Assembly (NCBI GenBank): GCA_046542505.1 | Contig: JBKHBH010000009.1 | Location: 1-38,486, forward strand | Direction of reading: 5' to 3' | Origin: Thermovirgaceae bacterium | Lineage (GTDB): Bacteria; Synergistota; Synergistia; Synergistales; Thermovirgaceae | DNA: 38,486 nucleotides | In this document: positions 18,937 through 27,946 of the stretch, piece after piece | Layout of the letters: every line of letters starts with the position of its first letter | How positions within the stretch are numbered: position 1 is the first letter of the stretch | Notes under the pieces: generated by a model | The model's database searches: none | What the model was told of the DNA's origin: nothing | What the model saw: only the letters and a program-made list of their open reading frames with translations | Translations under genes and position numbers: made by a program

Positions 18937-20460
18937 GTGACCACACAGACGGAAACGAAGACTTTTCGGAAAGAGCGGAGAGGCGCATTTCTCCGCTCTT
19001 TCCGGTTCAGAATGATGTTTCTTGCGTCCTTGTCGCTTCTGGCCGTCACCGTTCTTTTCAGCGCCGCTGTTTTCGTTTTCTTCACCTGGACCGAACTCGA
19101 CAGTCTGGACAAGGCACAGGAGCATATACTTCGCTTTCTTTCCGGCCGGATAGAGGAAGCCGGACAATTCTACATTGAAAGCTCAGAATATGAAGAACTT
19201 CGCCAGACCTGGCAAATCCGCAATGCGGAAATCCAGATTTATCGTTTCGGCTGGGAGTTTTGCGAAAACATCCTCTCCGCGGGAAACCGCATCGAACCAC
19301 TGGGGCAGCAAGCCGCCAGGAAAATCGTCGAAAAGGGCCCGGGAGCATCTACTGTAGACATCTCCTCGATGAAAACCATACCGGAGACCTTCTGGCTGTC
19401 GCCCTGTTTTCCCGGACCCGCGAGAGAGCTCCTCCGGGTCGGGTGGAGAAGTTTCAGCCTCGACGGCAAAACTTATTATCTTTTCGTTATGCATCCTCTC
19501 AACGGACTGCTCGCCTCCAGAGGGTCACTTTTGAGAATGATCCTCTTGATTTTCGGTCTGACGACGGTTCTTTCGACAGCTGTCGGCTATTTTACAGCAC
19601 GAAGCGCCATAAAACCCTTTGCCAGGATTAACAGGGCTATCTCGAAAGTATCAATAGAAAACATGAAACTGGATGTTTCGGTTCAGGATGCCGACGAGGA
19701 AATCCGCGAAACTGTCATCCTCATCGACAGAATGCTTGAAAACCTCGAAAAGTCCATAGGGCAGCTCCAGCAGTTCACGGCAGATGCAAGCCACGAACTC
19801 AGGACCCCGCTTGCGGTCATGAAGGGGATTACTGAAGTGGCGCTTCTCAAGGAACGGGATCGTGATTACTATATTGGGAAACTGCAGGAATTGGCACGTC
19901 ACATCGAGGGCATGCAAACCCTTGTGGGCGCATTGCTCGAATTGGCTCGACTTGACACGTTCAGCAGGATAGAGCCAAAAGAAGCGGTGGAGCTCCTCAT
20001 TGTCACCGATGACGCCATCGCAGCTTCTGAACAGCGTATCAAGGAGAAGCACCTGACTCTGGAAAAAGACCTTTCTCCTGCTCCGACGTACGGCAGGGAA
20101 GCGCTTCTCCTCAGGCTCGTCACGAACCTGATCGACAATGCCGTAAAGTACACACCCGAAGGCGGGACGGTCCGCATCAGGACCTGGACGGACAAAAATC
20201 GCGCCGAGGCTGTTCTTGAAATCGAGGATACCGGCAGGGGGATGACACAGGAAGAAATCAGCCATTGCTTCGACCGTTTCTGGAGGGCCGATCACTCACG
20301 TTCTTCGGCCGGCTATGGCCTCGGGCTCCCGCTGGTTCTCAGAATAGCCGAACTCCACGAGGCTCGTTCAGAAATAAACTCCCTGCCCGGAGAGGGAACT
20401 CTTTTCCGTTTCCGTTTCACTCTCGATGAAAAAGCCCTCGAGAACTACACCGACATGTAG
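18937..20460 (+). CDS. Membrane sensor histidine kinase (HAMP-HisKA-HATPase)
   Basis: Two transmembrane segments, FTADASHELRTPL, NLIDNAVKY, DTGRG, FDRFWR, GYGLGL. Confidence 0.95.
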   Translation: MTTQTETKTFRKERRGAFLRSFRFRMMFLASLSLLAVTVLFSAAVFVFFTWTELDSLDKAQEHILRFLSGRIEEAGQFYIESSEYEELRQTWQIRNAEIQIYRFGWEFCENILSAGNRIEPLGQQAARKIVEKGPGASTVDISSMKTIPETFWLSPCFPGPARELLRVGWRSFSLDGKTYYLFVMHPLNGLLASRGSLLRMILLIFGLTTVLSTAVGYFTARSAIKPFARINRAISKVSIENMKLDVSVQDADEEIRETVILIDRMLENLEKSIGQLQQFTADASHELRTPLAVMKGITEVALLKERDRDYYIGKLQELARHIEGMQTLVGALLELARLDTFSRIEPKEAVELLIVTDDAIAASEQRIKEKHLTLEKDLSPAPTYGREALLLRLVTNLIDNAVKYTPEGGTVRIRTWTDKNRAEAVLEIEDTGRGMTQEEISHCFDRFWRADHSRSSAGYGLGLPLVLRIAELHEARSEINSLPGEGTLFRFRFTLDEKALENYTDM

Positions 20461-20497
20461 CCCAAAGAGCGGTTAAAAACCGCCCTTTGGGCTTTTT
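20460..20497. terminator. Terminator between the convergent kinase and degP genes
   Basis: GCCCAAAGAGCGGTT-AAA-AACCGCCCTTTGGGC followed by TTTTT. Confidence 0.8.
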
Positions 20498-20502
20498 AAA
20501 AC

Positions 20503-21903
20503 TTACATCCTCATTGAGACAAAGAAAGTTCGACCATCCCTCCAGACCAAAAGAACGGCCGAGTTCTTTACGCTTCCCATGACGTTTTGCCATGACTCCA
20601 GATCATCCACCTGCCTGCCGTTGACTTCAAAGATGATATCTCCCCTCTTGAGTCCTATCCTGTCTGCCGGCGAGCCCGGGAGGATTTCGGCGATGGCCAT
20701 TCCCTTTGCGGAGGGCGCTTTGAGTTCGCTTTTCAGCTCAGACGTGACAGGCTCGACACGCAACCCGAGCCGTTCTTCCGTTTCCTTCAGGGACCGCTTT
20801 TGTTCCTGTGACTGCCCTGGAACGCTGCCGAGAGTAACGTTGACCTCCCGCTCACTGCCTTCCCGTATGACGGTGAGCCGCACCTTGTCCCCTTCAAGAT
20901 GGCTGCGTATGCGAAGCGAAAGATCCGTGTGATCCCCGATCTCTTCCCCATCGACGGCGACGATGACGTCACCGCGACGGAGGCCGGCTTTCGCGGCGGG
21001 AGAATCGTCAACCACATCGCTCACGACAGCTCCCCCATCGCCCTCGACGCCGTAGGCCTCGGCAAACTCTTGCGTGAGGGGCTGAATGTAAACACCCAGC
21101 CATCCTCGTTTTACCGTTCCATACTTGACGAGGTCATCCAGGACCTGTTTAGCCATGTCGACGGGCACGGCAAAACCGATGCCCTGGGCGTAGGGGATAA
21201 TCGCCGTGTTGATCCCCACAACCTTTCCTTCAAGATCAAGCAGGGGGCCACCGCTGTTACCGGGGTTGATGGCCGCGTCAGTCTGCAGGAACCCGTCAAA
21301 ATTGAGGTTTCTTGCGCGGACCGATCGGTTTTTCGCCGAGACAACGCCTACAGTTACTGTGCTTTCAAAACCATAGGGGTTACCTATGGCGATCACCCAC
21401 TCTCCGACACGGATATCTTCGGATTCCCCAAGCTCGAGAACGTGCAGGTCCTTCGCTTCGATCTTGATGACGGCCAGATCAAAGGTCGGATCTGTTCCGA
21501 CGATTTCCGCCGGGTAAGACGTCCCGTCCGCCATAGTGACTTCGATCTTGTCGGCATCAGCAACCACATGGTTGTTGGTCAGGATGTACCCATCGTCACT
21601 GACGATGAAACCCGACCCTTTCCCTTTCATCGGAATATTCCTCGAAAACCTTTCAAACTGCTCACCGAAAAATTCCTTGAAGAAGGGATCATTGCCGAAG
21701 GGACTCACGGACTGACGAACCATTGTTTCCGTGTCGATGTTGACTACCGCCGGTGATGCCTCCTCCACGATCTCCGCTACGGGATTGCCCGAAAAGACAT
21801 CCACTTGTGCCTGGGATGGCAACGCCGCTCCGATGACAATCGCACCTACGGCAAATGTCGTCATTAGCAACAAGTACAGTTTCCCAATCCTTTTTTCATG
21901 CAT
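20503..21903 (-). CDS. degP: HtrA/DegP (Do family) serine protease with two PDZ domains
   Basis: Signal peptide, GSGFIV, LTNNHVV, DLAVIKI, QTDAAINPGNSGGPL and two PDZ domains; start ATG 21903 with SD GGAGGTG. Confidence 0.93.
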   Translation of the reverse strand: MHEKRIGKLYLLLMTTFAVGAIVIGAALPSQAQVDVFSGNPVAEIVEEASPAVVNIDTETMVRQSVSPFGNDPFFKEFFGEQFERFSRNIPMKGKGSGFIVSDDGYILTNNHVVADADKIEVTMADGTSYPAEIVGTDPTFDLAVIKIEAKDLHVLELGESEDIRVGEWVIAIGNPYGFESTVTVGVVSAKNRSVRARNLNFDGFLQTDAAINPGNSGGPLLDLEGKVVGINTAIIPYAQGIGFAVPVDMAKQVLDDLVKYGTVKRGWLGVYIQPLTQEFAEAYGVEGDGGAVVSDVVDDSPAAKAGLRRGDVIVAVDGEEIGDHTDLSLRIRSHLEGDKVRLTVIREGSEREVNVTLGSVPGQSQEQKRSLKETEERLGLRVEPVTSELKSELKAPSAKGMAIAEILPGSPADRIGLKRGDIIFEVNGRQVDDLESWQNVMGSVKNSAVLLVWRDGRTFFVSMRM

Positions 21904-21951
21904 TGGTTTCACCTCCCGTATCGAATATATCCTAGGCAAGACAAAGGCTTT

Positions 21952-22767
21952 TTACATCGTATATTCTACTGAGATCGGATCCCCCACTTTGAAGCCCAGC
22001 ACATCCGCCGCCTTTCCCCGGTTTACGGCTATGGAGAGATACCCCCAGCTGTCTTCGAGAATGACAAGATCACCGAGTCCCACATCTGCAAAGGTTCTCC
22101 CCACGGAGATGCTGAAAAGCCATCCTCTGCTGATCCGCAAGGCTCCCTCCTGCTTCCTGTCGAGCCACTTCCAGGGGATATTCGTCCTGACCGTCCCGTA
22201 GTTGTCGATCAGTGCGACGGCACCGGAAATTTTCTCTTTCTCTTTCGAGGGTTCGGGAAGAGGGTATTCCGCAAGCCCGGAACCCGTAACTTCCTTGCCG
22301 AGAACCGACGGGATCAACCCGGCGGCCAGGTCCGCCACGACGGGAGTCATAATATCCCGGGCATGGAAAGTCGGCGAAACCGACCGGTTCTCGTAGTGTT
22401 CCGGATGCAGTTCCCAGGCCTTTTCCACTCCGCCCAGCCGCCTGACTGCCGGCAAAAGAAGACCGTTGTCCGGACCCACGAGAAGGTCTCCCCGGTCAGA
22501 CTTCAGGACAAGAATGGATCGATCCGTCCCGACACCGGGATCGACCACGGCCAGGTGAATTCCCACCGGAAGGTAGGAAACGGCTCCGGCAAGCATCCAA
22601 CCACCGGAGACAATATCAAAAGGCGGGACATCATGGCTTATATCGACAAGTGGAAGCAGAACCCCCCGCCCGAGAAGGACTCCCTTGCAGCATGCGACGG
22701 TTTCGTCGCCGGACCCGAAGTCCGAGAGAAAACTGATGCACCGGTACGCACATCGCGGTTCTTGCAT
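21952..22767 (-). CDS. DUF62 family SAM hydrolase (SAM hydroxide adenosyltransferase; fluorinase/chlorinase superfamily)
   Basis: FLSDFG, DISH.V.PFDI, VVDPGVGTDR, GPDNGLL, TFHARD, IDNYG, DSWGYL.IAVNRG.A. Confidence 0.9.
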   Translation of the reverse strand: MQEPRCAYRCISFLSDFGSGDETVACCKGVLLGRGVLLPLVDISHDVPPFDIVSGGWMLAGAVSYLPVGIHLAVVDPGVGTDRSILVLKSDRGDLLVGPDNGLLLPAVRRLGGVEKAWELHPEHYENRSVSPTFHARDIMTPVVADLAAGLIPSVLGKEVTGSGLAEYPLPEPSKEKEKISGAVALIDNYGTVRTNIPWKWLDRKQEGALRISRGWLFSISVGRTFADVGLGDLVILEDSWGYLSIAVNRGKAADVLGFKVGDPISVEYTM

Positions 22768-22916
22768 CGCGATACCTCCTCACCCTTACGTCCATATCTA
22801 TTACTATAGCATCGGAACAAACGCCGGGGACGAGCCCGCCGGTTTGCAGTCAATGCCGATTCTGATCTGAAATCAGGTCCGTTCCATGGATCATGGTTTC
22901 CTTTACGGGGGTTGTC

Positions 22917-23573
22917 ATGACAACGATAGGACTTTTCGAAACCTTGCTCAGAATTTACGGGCCCCAAGGGTGGTGGCCCGCCGGTTCATTTGACGAATTG
23001 TGTCTCGGGGCGATTCTGGTCCAGAACACCAGCTGGAATAACGCCACCATGGCCTTGTCTAATCTGGGAAAAAGGGGGCTTCTCTCTCTGCCCGCTGTCG
23101 CCGAGGCTCCACCTGAAATCCTTGCAGAAGCCCTTTACCCTGCAGGAACATACCGACGCAAGGCTTTGGTCATCAAGACCTTTTCCCGTGATTTTTCGGA
23201 TCGGTTCAAGACACCGGATACCTTCCGCAAAAGGGAAACAACTTCCGCCAGAAAGTGGCTTTTGGGCAGAAAGGGGATCGGCCATGAAACGGCTGACTGC
23301 ATCCTTTGCTATGGAGCCGGAAAGCCTTACCTCGTTATAGACAGGTACACGCGAAGGCTCGCTAGACGCACCGGCCTGCTGGATGAGGAGAATTTATCCT
23401 ATAAAATGGTTCAAAGACTCCTCCAGAAGGGCCTGCCGCCGAAGGCCACGATGCTCGGTGAGTTCCATGCCCTGATCGTCAAGCACTGCAAGGAGTTCTG
23501 CGGGAAAAGGCCATCCTGTTTGACCTGTCCGCTGAGTGCGAACTGCCCCTTCCCGCAGTCCGGTGGTGTATGA
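22917..23573 (+). CDS. Endonuclease III-related HhH-GPD DNA glycosylase with C-terminal Fe-S motif; start uncertain (22893 or 22917)
   Basis: YGPQGWWP, GAILVQNTSW, KGIGHETAD, VIDRY, EFHALIV and C-x6-C-x2-C-x5-C (CGKRPSCLTCPLSANC region). Confidence 0.88.
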   Translation: MTTIGLFETLLRIYGPQGWWPAGSFDELCLGAILVQNTSWNNATMALSNLGKRGLLSLPAVAEAPPEILAEALYPAGTYRRKALVIKTFSRDFSDRFKTPDTFRKRETTSARKWLLGRKGIGHETADCILCYGAGKPYLVIDRYTRRLARRTGLLDEENLSYKMVQRLLQKGLPPKATMLGEFHALIVKHCKEFCGKRPSCLTCPLSANCPFPQSGGV

Positions 23574-23624
23574 TCTTGCAGCGGACAACGTTTTATCTTC
23601 TCATCAGGAGGATCCGGACATCCA

Positions 23625-24281
23625 TCAAGTCTTACCTGTAAAAAGGCCTCGTGGACGCTTTTCCCCACGGGTCGAAGCGGGGGAGACGACAACCCGACGA
23701 AGGGGCTCCGCTCCAGTGGAAAAAGTCTGTACGTCGTCCCGTTCTTTCAAAGCAAGATGAACCACCCGGCGCTCCCAGCTGCTCATCGGCTCAAGCTTGA
23801 CCGAACGACCCTTTCGGACCGCTTCGCGCGCCGCGGCTGAAGCCAGTTTCTCAAGGCTTTCCTCTCTCCGCGCGCGGTAACCGTCACTGTCGAACCGCAA
23901 ACGCCGCCTTGAAGCGCCGTCTCTCAGCGTGAGGTTTGTCACATATTCAAGGGCTTTCAGAGTTTCACCGTATCTTCCTATGATGATACCGGCGTCATCT
24001 CCACTGAGGTTGACGATGCCGTCATCGCGAAAATCGGCATCAACGTCGAGAGCCATCATTCCAACGAGTTTTCCAATGAAATCCCTTGCGTCCAGTAGTT
24101 GCGGATCAGCCGGCAAGGCAATTCGAACCCGCATTTTTTTCCCGAAGATGCCGAACAGTTTTTTATCCTCGCCGAGAACGGTCACTTCCACATCCTCAGG
24201 ATCCACGGACCACTTCAGCGACCCCAGATGACGGGCCTCTTCCAGGTTCTGAACTTCAGCGACAAACTCCCTGTCTTCCAT
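23625..24281 (-). CDS. jag: Jag/KhpB (EloR) RNA-binding protein, KH and R3H domains; start uncertain (24281 or 24293)
   Basis: IIIGRYGETLKALE (KH), LEPM...ERRVVH (R3H), GAEPLRRVVV; follows yidC. Confidence 0.92.
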   Translation of the reverse strand: MEDREFVAEVQNLEEARHLGSLKWSVDPEDVEVTVLGEDKKLFGIFGKKMRVRIALPADPQLLDARDFIGKLVGMMALDVDADFRDDGIVNLSGDDAGIIIGRYGETLKALEYVTNLTLRDGASRRRLRFDSDGYRARREESLEKLASAAAREAVRKGRSVKLEPMSSWERRVVHLALKERDDVQTFSTGAEPLRRVVVSPASTRGEKRPRGLFTGKT

Positions 24282-24299
24282 GGGAATCTTCAAAACCTC

Positions 24300-25097
24300 C
24301 TAACTCTTCGCGTCACCGGATTCCTTCTTGGGAGGCTTTTCCTTGTAGAGCTCCGGTTTTTCCTTCATTTCCACCTCGGTTTTGTGCTTGATGTGCCATT
24401 GCTGTGCTACTCCAATAAGGGAGGACACACCCCAGTAGAGAAGCACTCCACCGGGCAGGCTCAGGCAGATGAATGTCAAAAAGGCCGGCATGAACCAGTT
24501 CATGAATTGCATCTGGGGGTTCGACCCGGCGCTGAGCTGCTGCTGGTACCACGTCAGAAAAGCGATAAACAAAAGCAACAGCAGGTTCGGCAGGTAGGCC
24601 GATACGTTCAAAAGTCCTGCCGGGTTTGCTGTAAGTCCCGAGAAAACGGCCCCGAGGCCTACCGACTCGCCAGTCATACCGAGAGCCGATGCCATCCTCG
24701 TCAACACGGACCCTTCAAGACTGATACCGATAAAAGTGGCTCCTCCGATATCAAGGTTGAGCAGTACCCGGAACAAGAGGATCAGGATAGGCAACTGGAC
24801 GAGCAGCGGCAGGCACCCTGCCGCGGGATTGACGTTGTTCTCCCTGTACAGGCGCATGATCTCCTTGTTGAGGGTTTCCTTGTCACCGGCATATTTTTCC
24901 TGCAGGGCCTTCAGTCTCGGCTGCAGCTTCTGCATCCTCTGCATGCTGACCATTTGTTTGTGGGACAACGGGTGCAGGAGGATACGGATGAATACGGTCA
25001 GGATGATGATCGCAAGACCGTAGGAATGCGTCAGGGAATACAGGGTGTTCAGAACGAGCACGAGAAAATCGCTCGCCGCTTGCCAAATCGTACCCAA
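24300..25097 (-). CDS. yidC: Membrane protein insertase YidC (short form)
   Basis: SYGLAIIILT..IR..L.PL, MQKLQP, VNPAAGCLPLLVQLPIL, LPGGVLLYW; TTG start at 25097 after SD GAAGGTG. Confidence 0.95.
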   Translation of the reverse strand: MGTIWQAASDFLVLVLNTLYSLTHSYGLAIIILTVFIRILLHPLSHKQMVSMQRMQKLQPRLKALQEKYAGDKETLNKEIMRLYRENNVNPAAGCLPLLVQLPILILLFRVLLNLDIGGATFIGISLEGSVLTRMASALGMTGESVGLGAVFSGLTANPAGLLNVSAYLPNLLLLLFIAFLTWYQQQLSAGSNPQMQFMNWFMPAFLTFICLSLPGGVLLYWGVSSLIGVAQQWHIKHKTEVEMKEKPELYKEKPPKKESGDAKS

Positions 25098-25102
25098 GTC
25101 TC

Positions 25103-25381
25103 TCACCTTCCTCGGCAGAATTTCGTGGTTCCGGAAGCTCTGCCCCTCAGGAGGCAAAACCGTTCCGGCACGGGGTCATACCCGCCCGGGTGCCAGGGCC
25201 CGCATTTTACGATCCGGACGAGGGCGAGCAGGGTGCCCTTCAGGGCACCGAAACGCTGGAGGCTTTCCAGCGAATATTGAGAACAGGTCGGATAAAACCG
25301 GCAGTTCTTTCCAAGAAACGGGGAAACAAAAAGCTGATATCCCCTTATCGCAACAGAGAGGAACCTAACAGGCAGCTTCAT
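25103..25381 (-). CDS. yidD: Membrane protein insertion efficiency factor YidD
   Basis: [35 protein letters not shown]. Confidence 0.95.
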   Translation of the reverse strand: MKLPVRFLSVAIRGYQLFVSPFLGKNCRFYPTCSQYSLESLQRFGALKGTLLALVRIVKCGPWHPGGYDPVPERFCLLRGRASGTTKFCRGR

Positions 25382-25784
25382 CGAGGCCGTGCCTCCTGTC
25401 TGTTTCCCAATCCGGCCCGGGCCAGTCATCCCGTAGGAGTCCGGCACGTTTCATCATTCGTGCACAGTCGAAATAGACATCCCGGGCCGATATCTTCAGG
25501 GCAGAGGTCCTGAGCGTGCAGATGACCCAGTATCCGTCGCACATCCAGGGCATCAGGCGCCTCAGCGCTTCTTTCAGAACTCGTCGGGCGCGGTTTCTCG
25601 CCGGAGAGTTTCCCTGCTTTTTCCCGACAGCTACTCCTACTCGCTTCGTCCCGTCAAAAGAAGCTATAAACAGCAACCGCACCAGCCTGCCCTGGACTCG
25701 GCGGCCGGTGCGGAATAAACGGTCAAATTGCCACGCCTTCTGCAGTCGGGCGTTTTTGGGATAAGGAAAACGTCTTTCCGTCAT
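25365..25784 (-). CDS. rnpA: Ribonuclease P protein component
   Basis: [23 protein letters not shown] (RNR motif); start ATG 25784 overlaps the rpmH stop (ATGA). Confidence 0.93.
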   Translation of the reverse strand: MTERRFPYPKNARLQKAWQFDRLFRTGRRVQGRLVRLLFIASFDGTKRVGVAVGKKQGNSPARNRARRVLKEALRRLMPWMCDGYWVICTLRTSALKISARDVYFDCARMMKRAGLLRDDWPGPDWETDRRHGLDEAAC

Positions 25785-25915
25785 GCGGCAAGTCGTTTTC
25801 TGCCCTTGTTTCTCCGGTTTCTCAGGATCCGCCGGCCACTTGCCGACTTTGAACGGCTCAGAAAGCCAAGGCGTCTTTTTCTGCGTTTTGTATGAGGCTG
25901 AAAAGTCTGTTTCAC
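25781..25915 (-). CDS. rpmH: 50S ribosomal protein L34 (not in the ORF track)
   Basis: Hand translation from GTG 25915 gives [53 protein letters not shown]. Confidence 0.97.
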   Translation of the reverse strand: MKQTFQPHTKRRKRRLGFLSRSKSASGRRILRNRRNKGRKRLAA

Positions 25916-25981
25916 TCCGACCACCTCCCTTTCCTTCCACGAGGCCACAATAAAACATGCCGGCCGGCGGCCAGCTTGGAT

Positions 25982-26010
25982 ACTATAGCACAGGCTTTAT
26001 CAGCGGGCAA
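25982..26010 (-). promoter_or_regulatory. Sigma70-type promoter for the rpmH operon
   Basis: TTGCCC-17 bp-TATAGT with an extended -10 TG; the -35 lies in the last codons of dinG. Confidence 0.65.
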
Positions 26011-27922
26011 CCGACGAGCCCGACAATTTGACGCTTCGATAACGGACGGGCGGCAGGGCTTCCGGAATGTCCCAATCCGCCCTCGCAAGGACTCTGTTGT
26101 CGAGAATAACCACACGACCGGAATCCGACGCAGTCCTGATAAGTCGTCCCGCGGCCTGTTTCAGGTACATCTTTGCCATCGGCAATACGATCTCCGGAAA
26201 AAGTCTTTTACCGTAAAGGGCACTTCTCGTCCGCAACAAGGGATCGCTGGGGTGCTGGAAGGGAATCCTGTCGACAATCACCTGGGTCAGACCGTCACCG
26301 GGAACATCGACACCCTCCCTGTAAGAAACGCTCCCCACGAGTACTGAAGAACGGTCTTTTCTGAAAGCCTCTGCAAGAGCGCCGGGCGGAGCATCCCCCT
26401 GGGCCAGGACCTTGTAGGAACGCTCTTTCATCCTGAGCTTCGCCCCGACTTTTTTCAACAATCTGTGAGAGCTCAAAAGCACAAGTGTCCTGCCATGGTT
26501 CATGTCGCAGAGTTTTTCCACGACCCTGGCCACCCGTTTATCGTAATCGGGAGCCGTCACCTTCAATCCGATGTCGACCACCCAGATTTCCATCTGTCTG
26601 GCTAGTGGGAAGGGCGAGTCGAAAACCGCCTTTTCGTCGGCCACAAGTCCCGTTTCACGTTCCCAGTATGACATATCCCCTCCAAGGGCCATTGTGGCGG
26701 AAACGGCAACCACAGGGTGTCCTTGATCCCGCCCGACCCACTTCGGCACGAAGGACGAACAGTCCGCAGGACTGCTGACGAGGCAGAAGCCATCCCACCA
26801 ATAGCCCCATTCCGGGAATGACTCGACCCGGCAGCACCACTTGAAAATGTCCCGCAGCCCTAAAGCCTCGTCAAGCCATTGTCCCGCTGCAAAAAGGCGC
26901 GTGTTTCTTTCGCCGAAAAGGGTCTTTTCCTCGAGACAGGCCATGCCTTTTTCGACCATGTCGTCGACGGCTGTAATTGCATCATTAACCTGAAAGGGAA
27001 GATCCTCCCGGCTTTCAAAAATCGTCCCGGGTTCAAGAGAATCAGCGGCGGAATCAAAAAAGGAGCCGGTTGTCTTCGCGCAGTCTTGTGCGGCCTCCTT
27101 CAATGCTTCGGCCTTTTCAGGATAGTCTTTCGCCAATGAAGGCGTTACATGGCGGAGGCAAAGCTCCGTAATCCGCATCCAGTCTTCACGACAGGCCTTG
27201 CGGGTTACGGCAGCCCTTGCTGCTTCGGCCACATGATGGGCTTCATCACAAAACAGCGCGTCAAAGGGAACAGGGAATGCCAGGGGTGGGTGTGAGAAAA
27301 AGAGATGATAGTTCGCGATCACCACATCCCAGTTCTGGGCTTGTCGGTATATCCGATAGAGAAAGCATTCGTTTCGGTTCGGGCATGACGCTCCCCGGCA
27401 ACCGTCCCTTGACGCCGAGAGTTTCGCGGCAACAGCCGATTCCCGGGATATGCCCAGTTCGACCAGTTCCCCTGTTTCCGTCACCTGAAGCCATTCCGAA
27501 AGCTCTTCCCTTGAAGGCAATCTTTCTTTCGCCGTCCCTTCTTGCTCCCTTTGATCGCACCATTCCCGGACCTTCAGGAGACACGCGTAATGACGCCGCC
27601 CCTTGAGAACCCCGAAACGCAGGCGCGAATCAATGATGTCTCTCATCTGCGGAAGATGGTGCCGAAAAAGAAGCTCCTGCAGGGTTATGGTGGAGGTGAG
27701 GTACAGGATACGTTTTGATGACGACAATGCCCAAAGTGTTCCCGGAACGAGAAGCGCCAGGGTTTTCCCTATTCCCGTGGGAGCCTCGGCCAAAAGGGTT
27801 TTTCTTTTTCCTGAATTCAGGCAATCCCAAACTTTTTCAGCAAGATCAAGCTGCTCCCGGCGGAATTCGAAGGCCGGAAACGTTTTCGACAGGACCCCTT
27901 CAGGGCCGAACCAACGCTTCAC
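26000..27922 (-). CDS. DinG/YoaA family ATP-dependent helicase (Fe-S type, no exonuclease domain)
   Basis: Q motif FRREQ, EAPTGIGKT, KGRRHYAC, Cys cluster (CRGASCPNRNEC), DEAHH, SATM, EGVDVPG, QAAGRLIR. Confidence 0.92.
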   Translation of the reverse strand: MKRWFGPEGVLSKTFPAFEFRREQLDLAEKVWDCLNSGKRKTLLAEAPTGIGKTLALLVPGTLWALSSSKRILYLTSTITLQELLFRHHLPQMRDIIDSRLRFGVLKGRRHYACLLKVREWCDQREQEGTAKERLPSREELSEWLQVTETGELVELGISRESAVAAKLSASRDGCRGASCPNRNECFLYRIYRQAQNWDVVIANYHLFFSHPPLAFPVPFDALFCDEAHHVAEAARAAVTRKACREDWMRITELCLRHVTPSLAKDYPEKAEALKEAAQDCAKTTGSFFDSAADSLEPGTIFESREDLPFQVNDAITAVDDMVEKGMACLEEKTLFGERNTRLFAAGQWLDEALGLRDIFKWCCRVESFPEWGYWWDGFCLVSSPADCSSFVPKWVGRDQGHPVVAVSATMALGGDMSYWERETGLVADEKAVFDSPFPLARQMEIWVVDIGLKVTAPDYDKRVARVVEKLCDMNHGRTLVLLSSHRLLKKVGAKLRMKERSYKVLAQGDAPPGALAEAFRKDRSSVLVGSVSYREGVDVPGDGLTQVIVDRIPFQHPSDPLLRTRSALYGKRLFPEIVLPMAKMYLKQAAGRLIRTASDSGRVVILDNRVLARADWDIPEALPPVRYRSVKLSGSSVAR

Positions 27923-27946
27923 AAGGGTTCTCCTTTCTCTCCGGTT

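Noticed and set aside
24099..25280. Long plus-strand ORFs (for example 393 aa here, 328 aa at 32584-33570, 285 aa at 20899-21756)
   Set aside because: They are antisense shadows of well-conserved genes, with no recognisable motifs.
25785..25958. N-terminal extension of RnpA in the ORF track
   Set aside because: The region encodes rpmH in another frame.
26000..27922. DinG as part of a type IV CRISPR or defence system
   Set aside because: Its neighbours are housekeeping genes, with no cas genes or array; it looks like an ordinary chromosomal DinG/YoaA.
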